A DNA stretch of 64,000 nt from an uncultured Verrucomicrobiae bacterium (GTDB lineage Bacteria > Verrucomicrobiota > Verrucomicrobiia > Chthoniobacterales > JAFAMB01): contig CAWEXO010000008.1 in the NCBI GenBank assembly GCA_963813025.1, forward strand, positions 1 to 64,000, given 5' to 3'. The notes beneath the pieces were generated by a model. That model saw nothing but the letters and a program-made list of their open reading frames with translations, did not search any database and was not told the origin of the DNA. Numbering within the stretch: position 1 is the first letter of the stretch; every line of letters begins with the position of its first letter. The translations under genes were made by a program, and so were the position numbers. Below are positions 1 through 10,005 of this stretch, piece after piece.

Positions 1-2318
1 GCCGGCCGGAGACCGTCAAGATCATCGATCTGGGTTTGGCAAAAGGAGTCGCGGAGGACGATGCGATTTCGGTTCTTGGGAGTTTTACCGGAACGCCGAG
101 ATACGCCAGTCCGGAACAATTTGCCGGGATCGCAACTGATATTCGTTCCGATCTTTATTCGCTGGGGATTTCGCTTTGGGAGATGCTGTCCGGTAAAGCA
201 CCTTTTCAGGGTTCTCCGGCCGAGTTGATGCACCAGCACCAGCATGTCACGCCGCCCATCGGCAAACTGAAGGGTGTTCCGCCAGCGATTCTCGCCTTGC
301 TGAGTGTACTGCTGGCGAAAGATCCTGGTCAACGATTTCAAGACCCGGCTCAACTGCGGAAGGCCTTGGCCAGAGTAAGAGAAGCACTTACCGCTGGAGC
401 CCGTCTGACCCCCAAGGAGCTCCGTTCTTCGGAAGATCTGACGAGTCCGGGCAAAGCCGGGATGGCTCGAGGCTTCGCGCCGGGCGAGCCATCTCGGGGA
501 TTAACACGCAACCCCGCAAGGCATGCTCTTCGCTGGTGGATGGCCTCAGGTTTAGCCTTCCTCGGGTTAGTGTTTGGCTTGGTTTTCTTCTTTGGAACGG
601 GTGGAACTCTGTTTCATTATAGAAGCGCAGTCCGAGCCGACAAAAGTATAGCTGTTCTCCCATTCGAGAACATCGGCGGGAATGCCGACGACACCTACTT
701 TGCCGACGGGGTGCAGGAACAGATTCTAAACGATCTCGCGCGGATCGCCCAGCTACGAGTCACGAGCCGAACATCCGTCATGCAGTACCGGGGCGATCGC
801 AAGCGTGACCTGCATGAGATCGCCAACACGCTGGATGTCGATCATGTGCTGGAAGGTACAGTGCAGCGCGACCGGGACCGGGTACGCGTAAGTACTGAGC
901 TGATCGATGCCGCCAGTGACCGAACGCTTTGGGCAGACAGTTATGATCGGCGCCTGACCGACATCTTCAGCATCCAGAGCGAGATCGCCCAGGTCGTAGC
1001 GAAGAAACTCGCATCCGCTCTGACCGGAGAGCAGAGGAAGGTGATCGAAGAAAAACCGACCGCGAACCTGCAAGCCTACGATTGGTTTCTGCGTGGCAAG
1101 GATTTGCTCAACAAAGCGATCGCCTCCGAAAACGACGACACCGCTCAAGCCCAGCTGCTGGCCGCCGTCAGCAAACTCAACGAGGCGGTGGCGATCGATC
1201 CTCAGTTCGCGTTGGCCTATTGTGCCCTGACCCAGGCACACGACGCTCTCTACCGATTTTATGATTCGTCCCTTTCTCGCCGTACCCAAGGCGACAACGC
1301 GATCAACGAGGCCCGGCGCCAAGCGCCGGAGTCGGCCGAGGTCCGTTTAGCTTACGCCGGTCACCTCTACTACTGTTATCGGGATTACGCACGTCTTCAG
1401 CCGGAACTCGAATTAGCCAGACGCAGCCTTCCCAATAACGCCGATCTCCTTACCCTCGAAGCCTACATTGCGCGGAGACAAGGGCGCTTTGCCGATTCTA
1501 TCCAGGCGTTCGAGCAAGCGCTCCGGGTCGATCCCACTTCGCTCGAACTCATTCAGCAATTTGCCTTTCTGCAGCGCGGCCTGCGACATTTCCGTGAAGC
1601 GCGCCGCTTGTGCGATCGCGCCATCGAGCTGGCACCGAATGACCTCGGGCAGCGAGACGAGCGAGCGAATCTCACTTTTTTTCTCACCGGAGATCCAACC
1701 GAGCTACGAGCGGTCCTCGCGTCCGTGCCGCCCGGTACCGAGGAGTATCGCAATTACTTTACCGAACGGATCCTGCTGGCCCTTTATGACCGCAACTGGG
1801 CGCAGTCAGAAACACAAACCAAGGAAATGGGGGAGAACGATTCGTTTGGAGGTTTTGGCTACACCCAGGCATCGGTGCCGCCAGGATGCTACTCAATCTT
1901 GATTGCTCGGTTGCGGGGCTTTAACAATCATCCGCCCGAGTTTGCCAGGACGCGCGAGCGCCTGGCGGAAAGCTTGGCGGACTCCGGTGATAATCCTCGT
2001 CTGCTCAGCGCCCTGGCACTCGTCGACGTTTTACTCGGTGATAATCAACGAGGTTGCGCCGAGGCGGAGCGCGCAACTGTGCTCCTCCCGGCGCAAGACG
2101 ATCTGGTCACCGGACCGAACCTGCAGACCAACCTGGCCCTGGTCTATGCCTGGGCGGGCAAGATCGATCGAGCGTTCGACCAGCTCTTTAAACTGGCAGA
2201 TCTCCCCTTCTTGCCCGACCTGTCGTATGGCAGTCTGAAGACCGATCCGCTCTGGGATCCGTTACGGAAGGATTCCCGGTACGCGGCCCTTCTGGCGAAG
2301 CTGAAGCCGGTCCAGTGA
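1..2318 (+). CDS. Ser/Thr protein kinase (C-terminal lobe) + TM + TolB-like + TPR repeat protein, 5'-truncated by window edge
   Basis: The frame is open upstream of 36 (VKIIDLGLAK, DFG-like). Motifs GTPRYASPEQ, DIRSDLYSLG, a hydrophobic TM segment, KSIAVLPFEN...FADGVQEQI, TPR-like helices, and a DPLWDPLR end. Confidence 0.9.
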   Translation, partial: RPETVKIIDLGLAKGVAEDDAISVLGSFTGTPRYASPEQFAGIATDIRSDLYSLGISLWEMLSGKAPFQGSPAELMHQHQHVTPPIGKLKGVPPAILALLSVLLAKDPGQRFQDPAQLRKALARVREALTAGARLTPKELRSSEDLTSPGKAGMARGFAPGEPSRGLTRNPARHALRWWMASGLAFLGLVFGLVFFFGTGGTLFHYRSAVRADKSIAVLPFENIGGNADDTYFADGVQEQILNDLARIAQLRVTSRTSVMQYRGDRKRDLHEIANTLDVDHVLEGTVQRDRDRVRVSTELIDAASDRTLWADSYDRRLTDIFSIQSEIAQVVAKKLASALTGEQRKVIEEKPTANLQAYDWFLRGKDLLNKAIASENDDTAQAQLLAAVSKLNEAVAIDPQFALAYCALTQAHDALYRFYDSSLSRRTQGDNAINEARRQAPESAEVRLAYAGHLYYCYRDYARLQPELELARRSLPNNADLLTLEAYIARRQGRFADSIQAFEQALRVDPTSLELIQQFAFLQRGLRHFREARRLCDRAIELAPNDLGQRDERANLTFFLTGDPTELRAVLASVPPGTEEYRNYFTERILLALYDRNWAQSETQTKEMGENDSFGGFGYTQASVPPGCYSILIARLRGFNNHPPEFARTRERLAESLADSGDNPRLLSALALVDVLLGDNQRGCAEAERATVLLPAQDDLVTGPNLQTNLALVYAWAGKIDRAFDQLFKLADLPFLPDLSYGSLKTDPLWDPLRKDSRYAALLAKLKPVQ

Positions 2319-2459
2319 ATTCCCGTTGCGAAATTCCGGGCCTTTTGAGGTGGTTCCGTCGTTTCCCGAGCCTCGCGCGCCAATCCTAGAAAAAGCGCCG
2401 GCTCCCGAGGAACTTATCGGATCTGTGACGAGCAGTTATCAGCGATCTCCGATACGCCC

Positions 2460-3332
2460 TTACGCCGCCACGCTGCACGCTGGGATCCGCTTCAGAAGAT
2501 CATCCAGGTCGGCGCGCGATCGCACACCAATCGTGAAGCAATCGATGCAGTCCTGCTGGAGCGCGAACCGGAGGCACTCGTCCGGCCGATCCGCCAAACG
2601 GCCGGCGCCGAAGATTTTCATTCCAATAACAGCTTTGCCGCTTGCCTTCATTTGGCCAAGGATTGGCAAGACTACTCGCGGATCGGCATCCATCGAGGCG
2701 CCTGCCGGATTGATCCGGGCCAAGTCCACCTCAACCCAGGGTTCTGCGACAGCAGCCTGAAGAGCTTCCAGGGTGTGACAGGAAACTCCATGCATTCTTA
2801 TAACGCCGCTTGCTTTGGCCTCGGAAATTACATCCATGGCTCCGCGAAATTTTGCTGGCCAATCTCCGTCGGTAATACAGTGCAGCAGCAGGATATCGAT
2901 ATAATCGGTGCCTAGCTCTTTCCGAAAACGGTCTAGATCCTGGCGCATTTGCTGAGCGGTGACCGCACGCGTTTTGGTAAGAATAGCGACATCCTCTCGC
3001 GACACCCGTCTCAGTCCTTCCCGTACATGAGGATGGCTGCCATACTGGTCGGCGGAGTCCCAGAACCGCACGCCGCGGTCATAAGAATACTGCAAAAGAT
3101 TCGCCAACCCGCCCAAGCCCAGACTTGTTTGATCCGAGCGGCCGCCCCAACCGTTTGTTCCGGTACCGACCGCCAACCGGGTCACGGGCAAGCGATGAGG
3201 TCCCAAGAGAATCCGATCAACGGCCAGCTTTTGGGCAAGGTGTCCGGACCCGGTAGCTCGGCCCCACAACGGCCATGTCCCTAAAGTCGCCGCCAGGCCC
3301 GCGGATTGCCGAAGAAATTCTCGCCTCTGCAT
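2460..3332 (-). CDS. Aldo/keto reductase with twin-arginine signal peptide
   Basis: N-terminal QRREFL; FWDSADQYGSH, ELGTDYIDILLLH, GVSCH motifs. Confidence 0.85.
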   Translation of the reverse strand: MQRREFLRQSAGLAATLGTWPLWGRATGSGHLAQKLAVDRILLGPHRLPVTRLAVGTGTNGWGGRSDQTSLGLGGLANLLQYSYDRGVRFWDSADQYGSHPHVREGLRRVSREDVAILTKTRAVTAQQMRQDLDRFRKELGTDYIDILLLHCITDGDWPAKFRGAMDVISEAKASGVIRMHGVSCHTLEALQAAVAEPWVEVDLARINPAGASMDADPRVVLPILGQMKASGKAVIGMKIFGAGRLADRPDECLRFALQQDCIDCFTIGVRSRADLDDLLKRIPACSVAA

Positions 3333-3339
3333 GTGAGTT

Positions 3340-4445
3340 CAGAGTATCCCCATGCGGCGAAGCTGCAACCGAATCCGACGGCCGCCCGGCGACCCTTCCT
3401 TTCTGAACAAAAAACGCCGCCGTACAGCCGGCCAATGCGACGAGAGCGAGCAAAAGATGACAATCCAGATAGGCCAGCAGATGCGCTTGTTGATCGACGA
3501 TGGAAGCGAGTTTCGCCTCGGCGTGTACGAGCGCGTCAGCGCTGGTGAACCCCGCATGATTGAAGCTAGTGCTCATCTGCGTAATCCAGGTCTGCACCGG
3601 CGGATCGTAAGGTGTGATGTGAGCGCCCAGAACGCTCTGATGAAATTGGCTGCGGCGCGCCAGCAGGGTGGTCGAAAACGCGATGCCGAAGCTGCCACCC
3701 TCGTTGCGAAATAGATTGGTCAGGCTGCTCGCTTTATTATTCTTTTCGGCAGGCAGGTTTGAGTAAGCAATTTGGCTGGTCGGAACAAACAGCACAGCGA
3801 TGCCAAGACCCTGCAGCATCCGGCAAAGTGCATCGACTCGCACCTCAACCCGCTGACCAACCGCCATGTGGCTAAGCTGGGTCTCTTTGTAGTTTGCCAC
3901 GACCCACACATCGTGCTGCACAATGGCGAAGAGCGTTTGGCCAGGCTGAACGTAATCTCCAATTTCGACGTTTTTGCGGGTGACCTTTCCGGATACTGGC
4001 GCATAGATCCGGGTGTACGAAAGCCGCAGGTCGGCCGCCTGGAGCTGCGCCTGGGCTTCGCCGACCTGGGCGGCGGCTGCTTCGAGCTCCGCTTCGCTCA
4101 AGCTAATCTGCGCCTGCGCGGCCGAGACCGACTTGCGCGCAGCGTCCAAAGCGGCACGGGAAGTCCCGGCGTTTGCAATGGAATGATCAAGATCCCGCTG
4201 ATCGATGACTTGCCGCGCGCGCAGCTGTCGGTCCCGATCCAGATCAGCGATTGCTTCAACCGCGGTTGCTAGGGCGCTATTGGCCTGGGCTTTGGTTTGA
4301 TCGAATTGCGCCTCCGTGACTTCAATTTGAGCCTCCGCCTGGATTTGCCGGGACTGTGCCGCTCGCAGGCTTGCCGCAGCTTGGTCACGCTCGGTCTGAA
4401 AATCGCGCGGATCGAGTTCTAGCATTAGATCCCCTGCCCGCACCT
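3340..4445 (-). pseudogene. Chimeric remnant: HlyD/EmrA membrane fusion protein joined in frame to the C-terminus of an EmrB/DHA2 MFS
   Basis: EVRAGDLMLELDPRDFQ...TRIYAPVSGKV...VANYKETQL...VEVRVDAL switches at ~3825 to RMLQGLGIAVLFVP...ASSLTNLFRNEGGSFG. The N-terminal anchor is missing. Boundaries are approximate. Confidence 0.8.
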
Positions 4446-4447
4446 CG

Positions 4448-4699
4448 AAAACAAAGTTCCGCGATTTTCTCTCTTCTTCGGAGGGCATACCGACGAATAT
4501 CTTGTCGGCCCGACTCAAACTCCTGGAACGCGAAGGCTTGATTGAATCCGCTCCCTACCAGGCGCATCCGCCCCGCCTGACCTATACTTTGACTGCCAAA
4601 GGCCGGTCTCTGGCCGCCATTATCCGCGTCATTGCTGATTGGGGAGAAAAAAACTTCCCCGGCACGAAGCGTCGGACGCTACCCTCTACGCCGTCTTAA
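4448..4699 (+). pseudogene. HxlR-family winged-helix regulator, N-terminally truncated
   Basis: KTKFRDFLSSSEGIPTNILSARLKLLEREGLI...YTLTAKGRSL...IADWGE; upstream it runs straight into the opposite-strand HlyD remnant. Confidence 0.75.
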
Positions 4700-4800
4700 A
4701 GCGGTGACAGGACCTGCCGCGCCATAACCAGGCGTCCCGATGGCAAAGGTGGATCGCACGCACCCAGGACGCGGAACTCGACACGCGGGACTCGGGACTC

Positions 4801-5571
4801 CTACTGCCCATTGCCGGTCCCGACCTCCGCTTCGACTTCGCGCATGATCCTGCGCGAGAGTAACCCCAGGAGTAAGGTGGTAATGACTGTGACCAGGAAG
4901 CCTCCGCCCCACACCAGGTAATCGTGCAGGAAGGGCAGGTGACGCGTACCATGCGCCATCTGCACGCCAAATTGTCCGAGCGTACCGACAAAGACGTAGA
5001 GAAACAGCCCGGGGACTTGTCCGACGGCGATCCAGGGAAGGCAGCGGCTCAGCTTTATCCCGGTAAGACCATAAATATAATTCAACAGGCTGGAAGGCGC
5101 CAGAGGGTTGAGCTGACTCAGAACGATGATTTTCCAGCCATGACGCTGCAGCGCGCGGTCCAGCACTTGCCAGCGCAGGCTCCGCACCAGAAATTTCTCG
5201 ATGCGTTTCCGCCCGATTTGGCGCGCAAGGAAAAAGGCGATTGTCGCGCCCAGCAGGTTGCCGGCAAGCACAACGACAAAGCCCCACCACAGACCGAAGA
5301 AGAACCCGCCGCCAATGCTCAGAATCCCCCCGGGCAAGAGCAGGACGTTGCAAATAGCATAGGCGAATGGATAAACCAAGCCGCTCCAGAAACCGAGCCG
5401 CTCAATTGATTTCTGCCCGGCGGCCAACCAGTCAATCACGGGATAGCGGGCTGAAAGCAAAAAGGCAACTATCATCAAGAGGACCAGCCCACCGACTTCA
5501 GCGAGCAATGTCCAGGGAATCTTAGACCGATAATTTTCGGACGAACTGCGCAAGTTCGGCGGTGGTATCAT
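4801..5571 (-). CDS. TVP38/TMEM64 (DedA/SNARE-associated) membrane protein; start uncertain
   Basis: LLLPGGILSIGGGFFFGLWWG...GATIAFFLAR...LNPLAPSSLLNY. Confidence 0.85.
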   Translation of the reverse strand: MIPPPNLRSSSENYRSKIPWTLLAEVGGLVLLMIVAFLLSARYPVIDWLAAGQKSIERLGFWSGLVYPFAYAICNVLLLPGGILSIGGGFFFGLWWGFVVVLAGNLLGATIAFFLARQIGRKRIEKFLVRSLRWQVLDRALQRHGWKIIVLSQLNPLAPSSLLNYIYGLTGIKLSRCLPWIAVGQVPGLFLYVFVGTLGQFGVQMAHGTRHLPFLHDYLVWGGGFLVTVITTLLLGLLSRRIMREVEAEVGTGNGQ

Positions 5572-7348
5572 ACGCGAGGAACGGTGTTATCAGGTAAATT
5601 CCGGGAAAGTATTCGAGAACGGCTTCCACGATCTCCTTGGCGATCTTCATGCCGTATTCCTTGGCTGTGGCTCCTTCTCTTCCCGCCATCCTGGTCCGCA
5701 CAGACTCCGGAATAATAATTCCCGGCACTTCGTGATGGAGAAACTCGGTTTGGCGCCCGTTCAATAAAGGCCACACACCGGTCAAGATGGGAATCCCGAG
5801 ATCGCGAGTGCGTTCGTACATCTGTTCCACCAGGTGCCGATCGAAAACCGGCTGCGTCATGGCGTACTGCGCACCGGCTGCTACTTTCCGGCGGAGTCGC
5901 TCGACTTGCGCATCCAGGTTCTTTGCATTCGGGTTAAAAGTACAACCGATAACGAAGTTCGGTCGGAACCGGATTGCCTTTCCGGTGAAATTATGTCCCT
6001 TGTTCAGTCCAGCGATAATCTCAATCAATTGGATTGAGTTTACATCGTAGACCGACGATGCGCCCGGATGATCGCCGAATTTTGCCGGATCGCCGGTCAG
6101 AGGCAATACGTGCCGGATGCCGAGAGCCGCCATCCCCATAAGTTCGCTTTGCAGGCCGATCAGGTTTCGGTCCCGGCAACTCACATGCAGCAGCGGCATG
6201 ATATTGTACTTCTGTTTCAGGATGGCCCCGACGGCGAGATTACTGACTCGGAGAATCGCCAGCGAATTGTCGGCCAGCGTGATGGCGTCGCTGCCGGCAT
6301 CAATCAAGCGCTGGGCGCCGGTCAGATATTTTTCTAGGTCGAGAGTTTTTGGGGGATCCAATTCCGTCACAACCACGGTTTGCCCTCGAGCCATGAGATC
6401 CAGAATGCTGGTCTCCTGCATTGGCCGGTCGAGGACAGGAGCGGGTTCTTCCCGCCAATCGATGACTGGCTTTGCCCGAACCGGTTTGAGACCGTCAATT
6501 GCCCTGACCATCGCGGCAATATGAGCGGGACCCACTCCGCAACAGCCTCCTATCAAGCGAGCGCCCTGCTGAACAAACTCTTTAGCCACGGTCCCGAAGT
6601 ATTCGGGCGCCGCATTATAGACGAAGCGGCCATCCTGATAACGCGGATAGCCGGCGTTGGGAAAAGCGCTGACGATGTACTCGGCCGGGATACGTTTCAG
6701 GATCTTTATCAGAGCGTGTGGTCCAGTGACACAGTTTACGCCAACAATATCCGCGTGTTGTTTCACCAGCTCGCGAAAAGCTTGCCCGATCGACAAGCTG
6801 GAGGGCAATCTTCCCTCCTCCGAACAGGCCATTGAGCAGATGACCGGCACAACCGGGTCCAGTCCATGAAGCGCTCTCAGGCCGGTCTCCAGCTCTTCCA
6901 GGTCGACAAACGTTTCGAAGAAAATTACATCGACACCGGCCTCCAACAGCGCCTGGAGTTGCTCCTGGAAAACCGCCGAGCGATCGATCTTCTCCGTTTC
7001 GACGACGTCGTTCGGTAGTCCGAGCGGACCAACGCTTCCGGCGAGATAAATTGAACGGCCCCCAATCGCTTTTCGCGCCAGACCGACCGCGGCCCGATTC
7101 AGTTCCACGACTTTCCCTTCCAGTCCGTACTTGCTCAGGCGTCCGGCATTTGCGCCGAAAGTGTTGGTCTCCAGCAAGCGAGCGCCAGCCTCGGCATACG
7201 ATCGATGAACACGAAACACCAGGTCCGGGTTGGACAGGTTGAGTTCTTCCAGGCAAGTGTCGATCGGGGCGCCTGCGGCGATCAACTCCGTCCCCATGGC
7301 GCCGTCACCGCAAACCACTGAATCTTGCAATTCCTCAAGTAAATCCAT
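5522..7348 (-). CDS. yitJ: Bifunctional homocysteine S-methyltransferase / 5,10-methylene-THF reductase
   Basis: DGAMGT, ETNTFGAN, GGCCG, then ELDPPK, CRDRNLIGLQS, LTGDP, TQPVFD; 608 aa. Confidence 0.92.
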   Translation of the reverse strand: MDLLEELQDSVVCGDGAMGTELIAAGAPIDTCLEELNLSNPDLVFRVHRSYAEAGARLLETNTFGANAGRLSKYGLEGKVVELNRAAVGLARKAIGGRSIYLAGSVGPLGLPNDVVETEKIDRSAVFQEQLQALLEAGVDVIFFETFVDLEELETGLRALHGLDPVVPVICSMACSEEGRLPSSLSIGQAFRELVKQHADIVGVNCVTGPHALIKILKRIPAEYIVSAFPNAGYPRYQDGRFVYNAAPEYFGTVAKEFVQQGARLIGGCCGVGPAHIAAMVRAIDGLKPVRAKPVIDWREEPAPVLDRPMQETSILDLMARGQTVVVTELDPPKTLDLEKYLTGAQRLIDAGSDAITLADNSLAILRVSNLAVGAILKQKYNIMPLLHVSCRDRNLIGLQSELMGMAALGIRHVLPLTGDPAKFGDHPGASSVYDVNSIQLIEIIAGLNKGHNFTGKAIRFRPNFVIGCTFNPNAKNLDAQVERLRRKVAAGAQYAMTQPVFDRHLVEQMYERTRDLGIPILTGVWPLLNGRQTEFLHHEVPGIIIPESVRTRMAGREGATAKEYGMKIAKEIVEAVLEYFPGIYLITPFLAYDTTAELAQFVRKLSV

Positions 7349-7419
7349 TGAGCGCCTGAATTTGCGGCCAACTAACGGTCTGCCCGGGATTTTGTCACGC
7401 GTTCTTTTGCTGGCGGGGG

Positions 7420-7706
7420 ACGTACTGTGTGTCGGCGTACGGCGTGTCGGCGTGTCGGCGTCGTGGAGTGCGCGCGACTTGTCGCCGCTTTGCGATCGCG
7501 CGGAGCGCGACTACACACCCCGCAGCTATGTTTCTACGCGGTGCATCTATGGGAACGCTTTTCCACGAGGAAACTCGGCACTCCGTGGTTCCCTCCTCCG
7601 TCTGGGGCGCGCTCCACGCGGATCCTGAAGCGGCGACAAGTCGCGCGCACTCCACGACGCCGATACGCCGTACGCCGACACGCAGTACGCGCACACGCCG
7701 ATACGC
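7420..7706. repeat. REP-doublet/MITE-like element: 36-bp perfect inverted repeat with flanking GTCGGCGT-type arrays
   Basis: 7455-7490 tcggcgtcgtggagtgcgcgcgacttgtcgccgctt is the exact reverse complement of 7628-7663. Confidence 0.9.
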
Positions 7707-7710
7707 TCCA

Positions 7711-8664
7711 TTACCTCTGCCGGCGCCGGGGATCAAACACGTCACGCAGACCATCGCCGAGAAAATTCAGTGCCAAAAGCGTTAGAGACATAGCCAGCGC
7801 GGGGAAAACCAGCAACCACCAATAACCTTTGACGGGGTTTATCACCTGCGCGCCGTCACTGAGGAGCAGACCCCAGCTGGCCAGAGGCGCTTGAATACCC
7901 ACTCCGAGAAAGCTCAGGAAGGATTCGTCAAGGATCACCGCCGGCACGGTTAAAGTAAGGTAAACAATAGCGACACCGATCAGGTTGGGGAGTAAGTGCA
8001 GGAAAATAATTCGCAGATGGGTTTGGCCGAGGCTGCGGGCAGCCAGAACGAACTGCTGAGACTTTAAGCTGAGCACCTGTCCCCGGACGATTCGCGCCAT
8101 GGTGAGCCATTCGGTTAGGCCGAGGCACAAGATCAGGATGATCACTTTGGAATAGCCAATCAGGTTGGGAAAACCGAGCCGGGCCAGAGCGGCTCGCAAG
8201 ATTGGATCGAGCGCGGTGATGAGCACCAAAAGAAAAATCAGGCGCGGGATAGCATACAGACCATCGACCAACCTCATCATCAACGTATCGGTACGCCCTC
8301 CGGAGTACCCGGCCACCAGCCCATACGTTATGCCAAAACCAAAGCTCACCACCGCGCCGAAAACACCCACCAGCAAGGAGATCCGCGCTCCGATCAGGAC
8401 TCGATAAAAAAGGTCGCGTCCGTTCAGATCGGTACCGAACCAGTGATCGGCCGAAGGAGGCAAGAAACTATGAGAAGAGACCTCGTTGGCCGCGCGCGGC
8501 AGCAGCGCCGGCCCGAACACCGCGGCACAAGCGATAAAGAAAAGAACGCCCGCCGATAGCAGCATTGGGGCGTTTCGAAAAAGGACGGTCGTCTTACCCC
8601 TCGATCCAATACCACGCGGAGCGGCTGCCAGGCCTGGTGCCGGCGGAGCCGGCGGTTTACTCAT
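7711..8664 (-). CDS. oppC: Oligopeptide ABC transporter permease
   Basis: HWFGTDLNGRD, ARIVRGQVLSLK, ESFLSFLGVG, LGDGLRDVFDPR. Confidence 0.9.
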   Translation of the reverse strand: MSKPPAPPAPGLAAAPRGIGSRGKTTVLFRNAPMLLSAGVLFFIACAAVFGPALLPRAANEVSSHSFLPPSADHWFGTDLNGRDLFYRVLIGARISLLVGVFGAVVSFGFGITYGLVAGYSGGRTDTLMMRLVDGLYAIPRLIFLLVLITALDPILRAALARLGFPNLIGYSKVIILILCLGLTEWLTMARIVRGQVLSLKSQQFVLAARSLGQTHLRIIFLHLLPNLIGVAIVYLTLTVPAVILDESFLSFLGVGIQAPLASWGLLLSDGAQVINPVKGYWWLLVFPALAMSLTLLALNFLGDGLRDVFDPRRRQR

Positions 8665-9577
8665 AGAGTACTATCCGGCGATCGAGGAACCCGTAGAGGA
8701 CATCGACCAGTAAATTGAACAGAACCAGCAACGCGCAGTAAACGATCACTACTCCGGCCAGAAGGAAGCCGTCCCGGTTCAAGACTGAGTTTACAAAAAA
8801 TCCGCCGGCTCCCGGGATACTGAAAATACTTTCGACGATGATCGAACCGGTCAACAGATTGGCTGCGAGCGGCCCCAGAAAAGACACCACCGGTAGAATC
8901 CCGACCCGGAGCGCGTGTTTGAAAATGACCTTGGACTCAGGCAAACCCTTTGCTCGTGCGGTCCGGATAAAGTCCTGGTTCATGATCTCCAGCATACTGG
9001 CCCGCGTCAGACGTGCGATGTAGGCCAGGTATGGCGTGGCCAACGTGATGGACGGCAAAATCAGGCTCCGCAGGGTCCCCCAACCGCCTACCGGCAGTAG
9101 CGGCAGGCTAATGGCGAAGACAAAGACCAGCAACGGACCAATGACAAACGTCGGCAGAGAGATAAAAACCAGCGCGAAAAACATGGTCAACCGATCAATC
9201 AAATGGTGCGGCCAAGCCGCCGCCAGCGAGCCAGCCAGAACGCCGCCGATCGTCGCGATTGCGAACGCAATCGCTCCCAGAGTCGCTGAGATGGGCAGAG
9301 CCTGTCCCAAAATCTCGTTTACCTTGCGATCGCGATACTTGGTGGAAAGCCGCAGATCTCCGCGTAGCAAATCCAGCAAATAATCCGTGTACTGGAACCA
9401 CAAGGGCCCATCGAGTTTGTATTTCGCGAGCAACTGTTTTTCGATGTTCTCGGGAAGTTTCCTTTCACGATCGAACGGTCCGCCCGGCATTAACCGGATT
9501 AAAAAGAAGGTAATGGTGACGACAAAGAAGAGAATCACTATCAGGCCGGCCAGCCGCCGTGCGATAAAACTCAGCAT
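8657..9577 (-). CDS. oppB: Oligopeptide ABC transporter permease
   Basis: MPGGPFD, QDFIRTARAKGL, ESIFSIPG, DVLYGFLDRRI. Confidence 0.9.
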   Translation of the reverse strand: MLSFIARRLAGLIVILFFVVTITFFLIRLMPGGPFDRERKLPENIEKQLLAKYKLDGPLWFQYTDYLLDLLRGDLRLSTKYRDRKVNEILGQALPISATLGAIAFAIATIGGVLAGSLAAAWPHHLIDRLTMFFALVFISLPTFVIGPLLVFVFAISLPLLPVGGWGTLRSLILPSITLATPYLAYIARLTRASMLEIMNQDFIRTARAKGLPESKVIFKHALRVGILPVVSFLGPLAANLLTGSIIVESIFSIPGAGGFFVNSVLNRDGFLLAGVVIVYCALLVLFNLLVDVLYGFLDRRIVLYE

Positions 9578-9805
9578 ACCTGTAAAATTTGGTCCGTCAT
9601 CCTTGGTTTCCGTTGCTTACGCTTGAGACATTGGAAGAACAGGATTACCACGACTGGCCTTCCCGAGCGAGCCCGGGTGGCCGGAAAATCCTGCCACTGG
9701 GTCATGGAGTGCTCACCGTCCTCCCGCGTTACACCAGTATGCCGAGTGTCAGCGCAACGCTCGCCGAGAAGGAGTAAAAGCTGACGCAGGAAGCTGTGCG
9801 TTCTA

Positions 9806-9930
9806 CGTAGCGCAGACGCCCTCGGGTCTGTCGGGACTTTGCATTGTCCCGAAGGGACATCAGCACTGAGCCCGGGGTTTTCAACCCCGGGAAAACCGTT
9901 CCCACTCGGGGCGCCCTGAAGCGGCGCAAG
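9806..9930. repeat. REP-like palindrome cluster
   Basis: Hairpins gtcccgaagggac, cccggggttttcaaccccggg and cgccctgaagcggcg in intergenic DNA. Confidence 0.55.
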
Positions 9931-10005
9931 ATTCCCGCGTTGGTGCATCCACCAATATCGGCAATAGGCAAAAATGCCCTAATCACTCGCGTTGAAACCT
10001 TCGAA

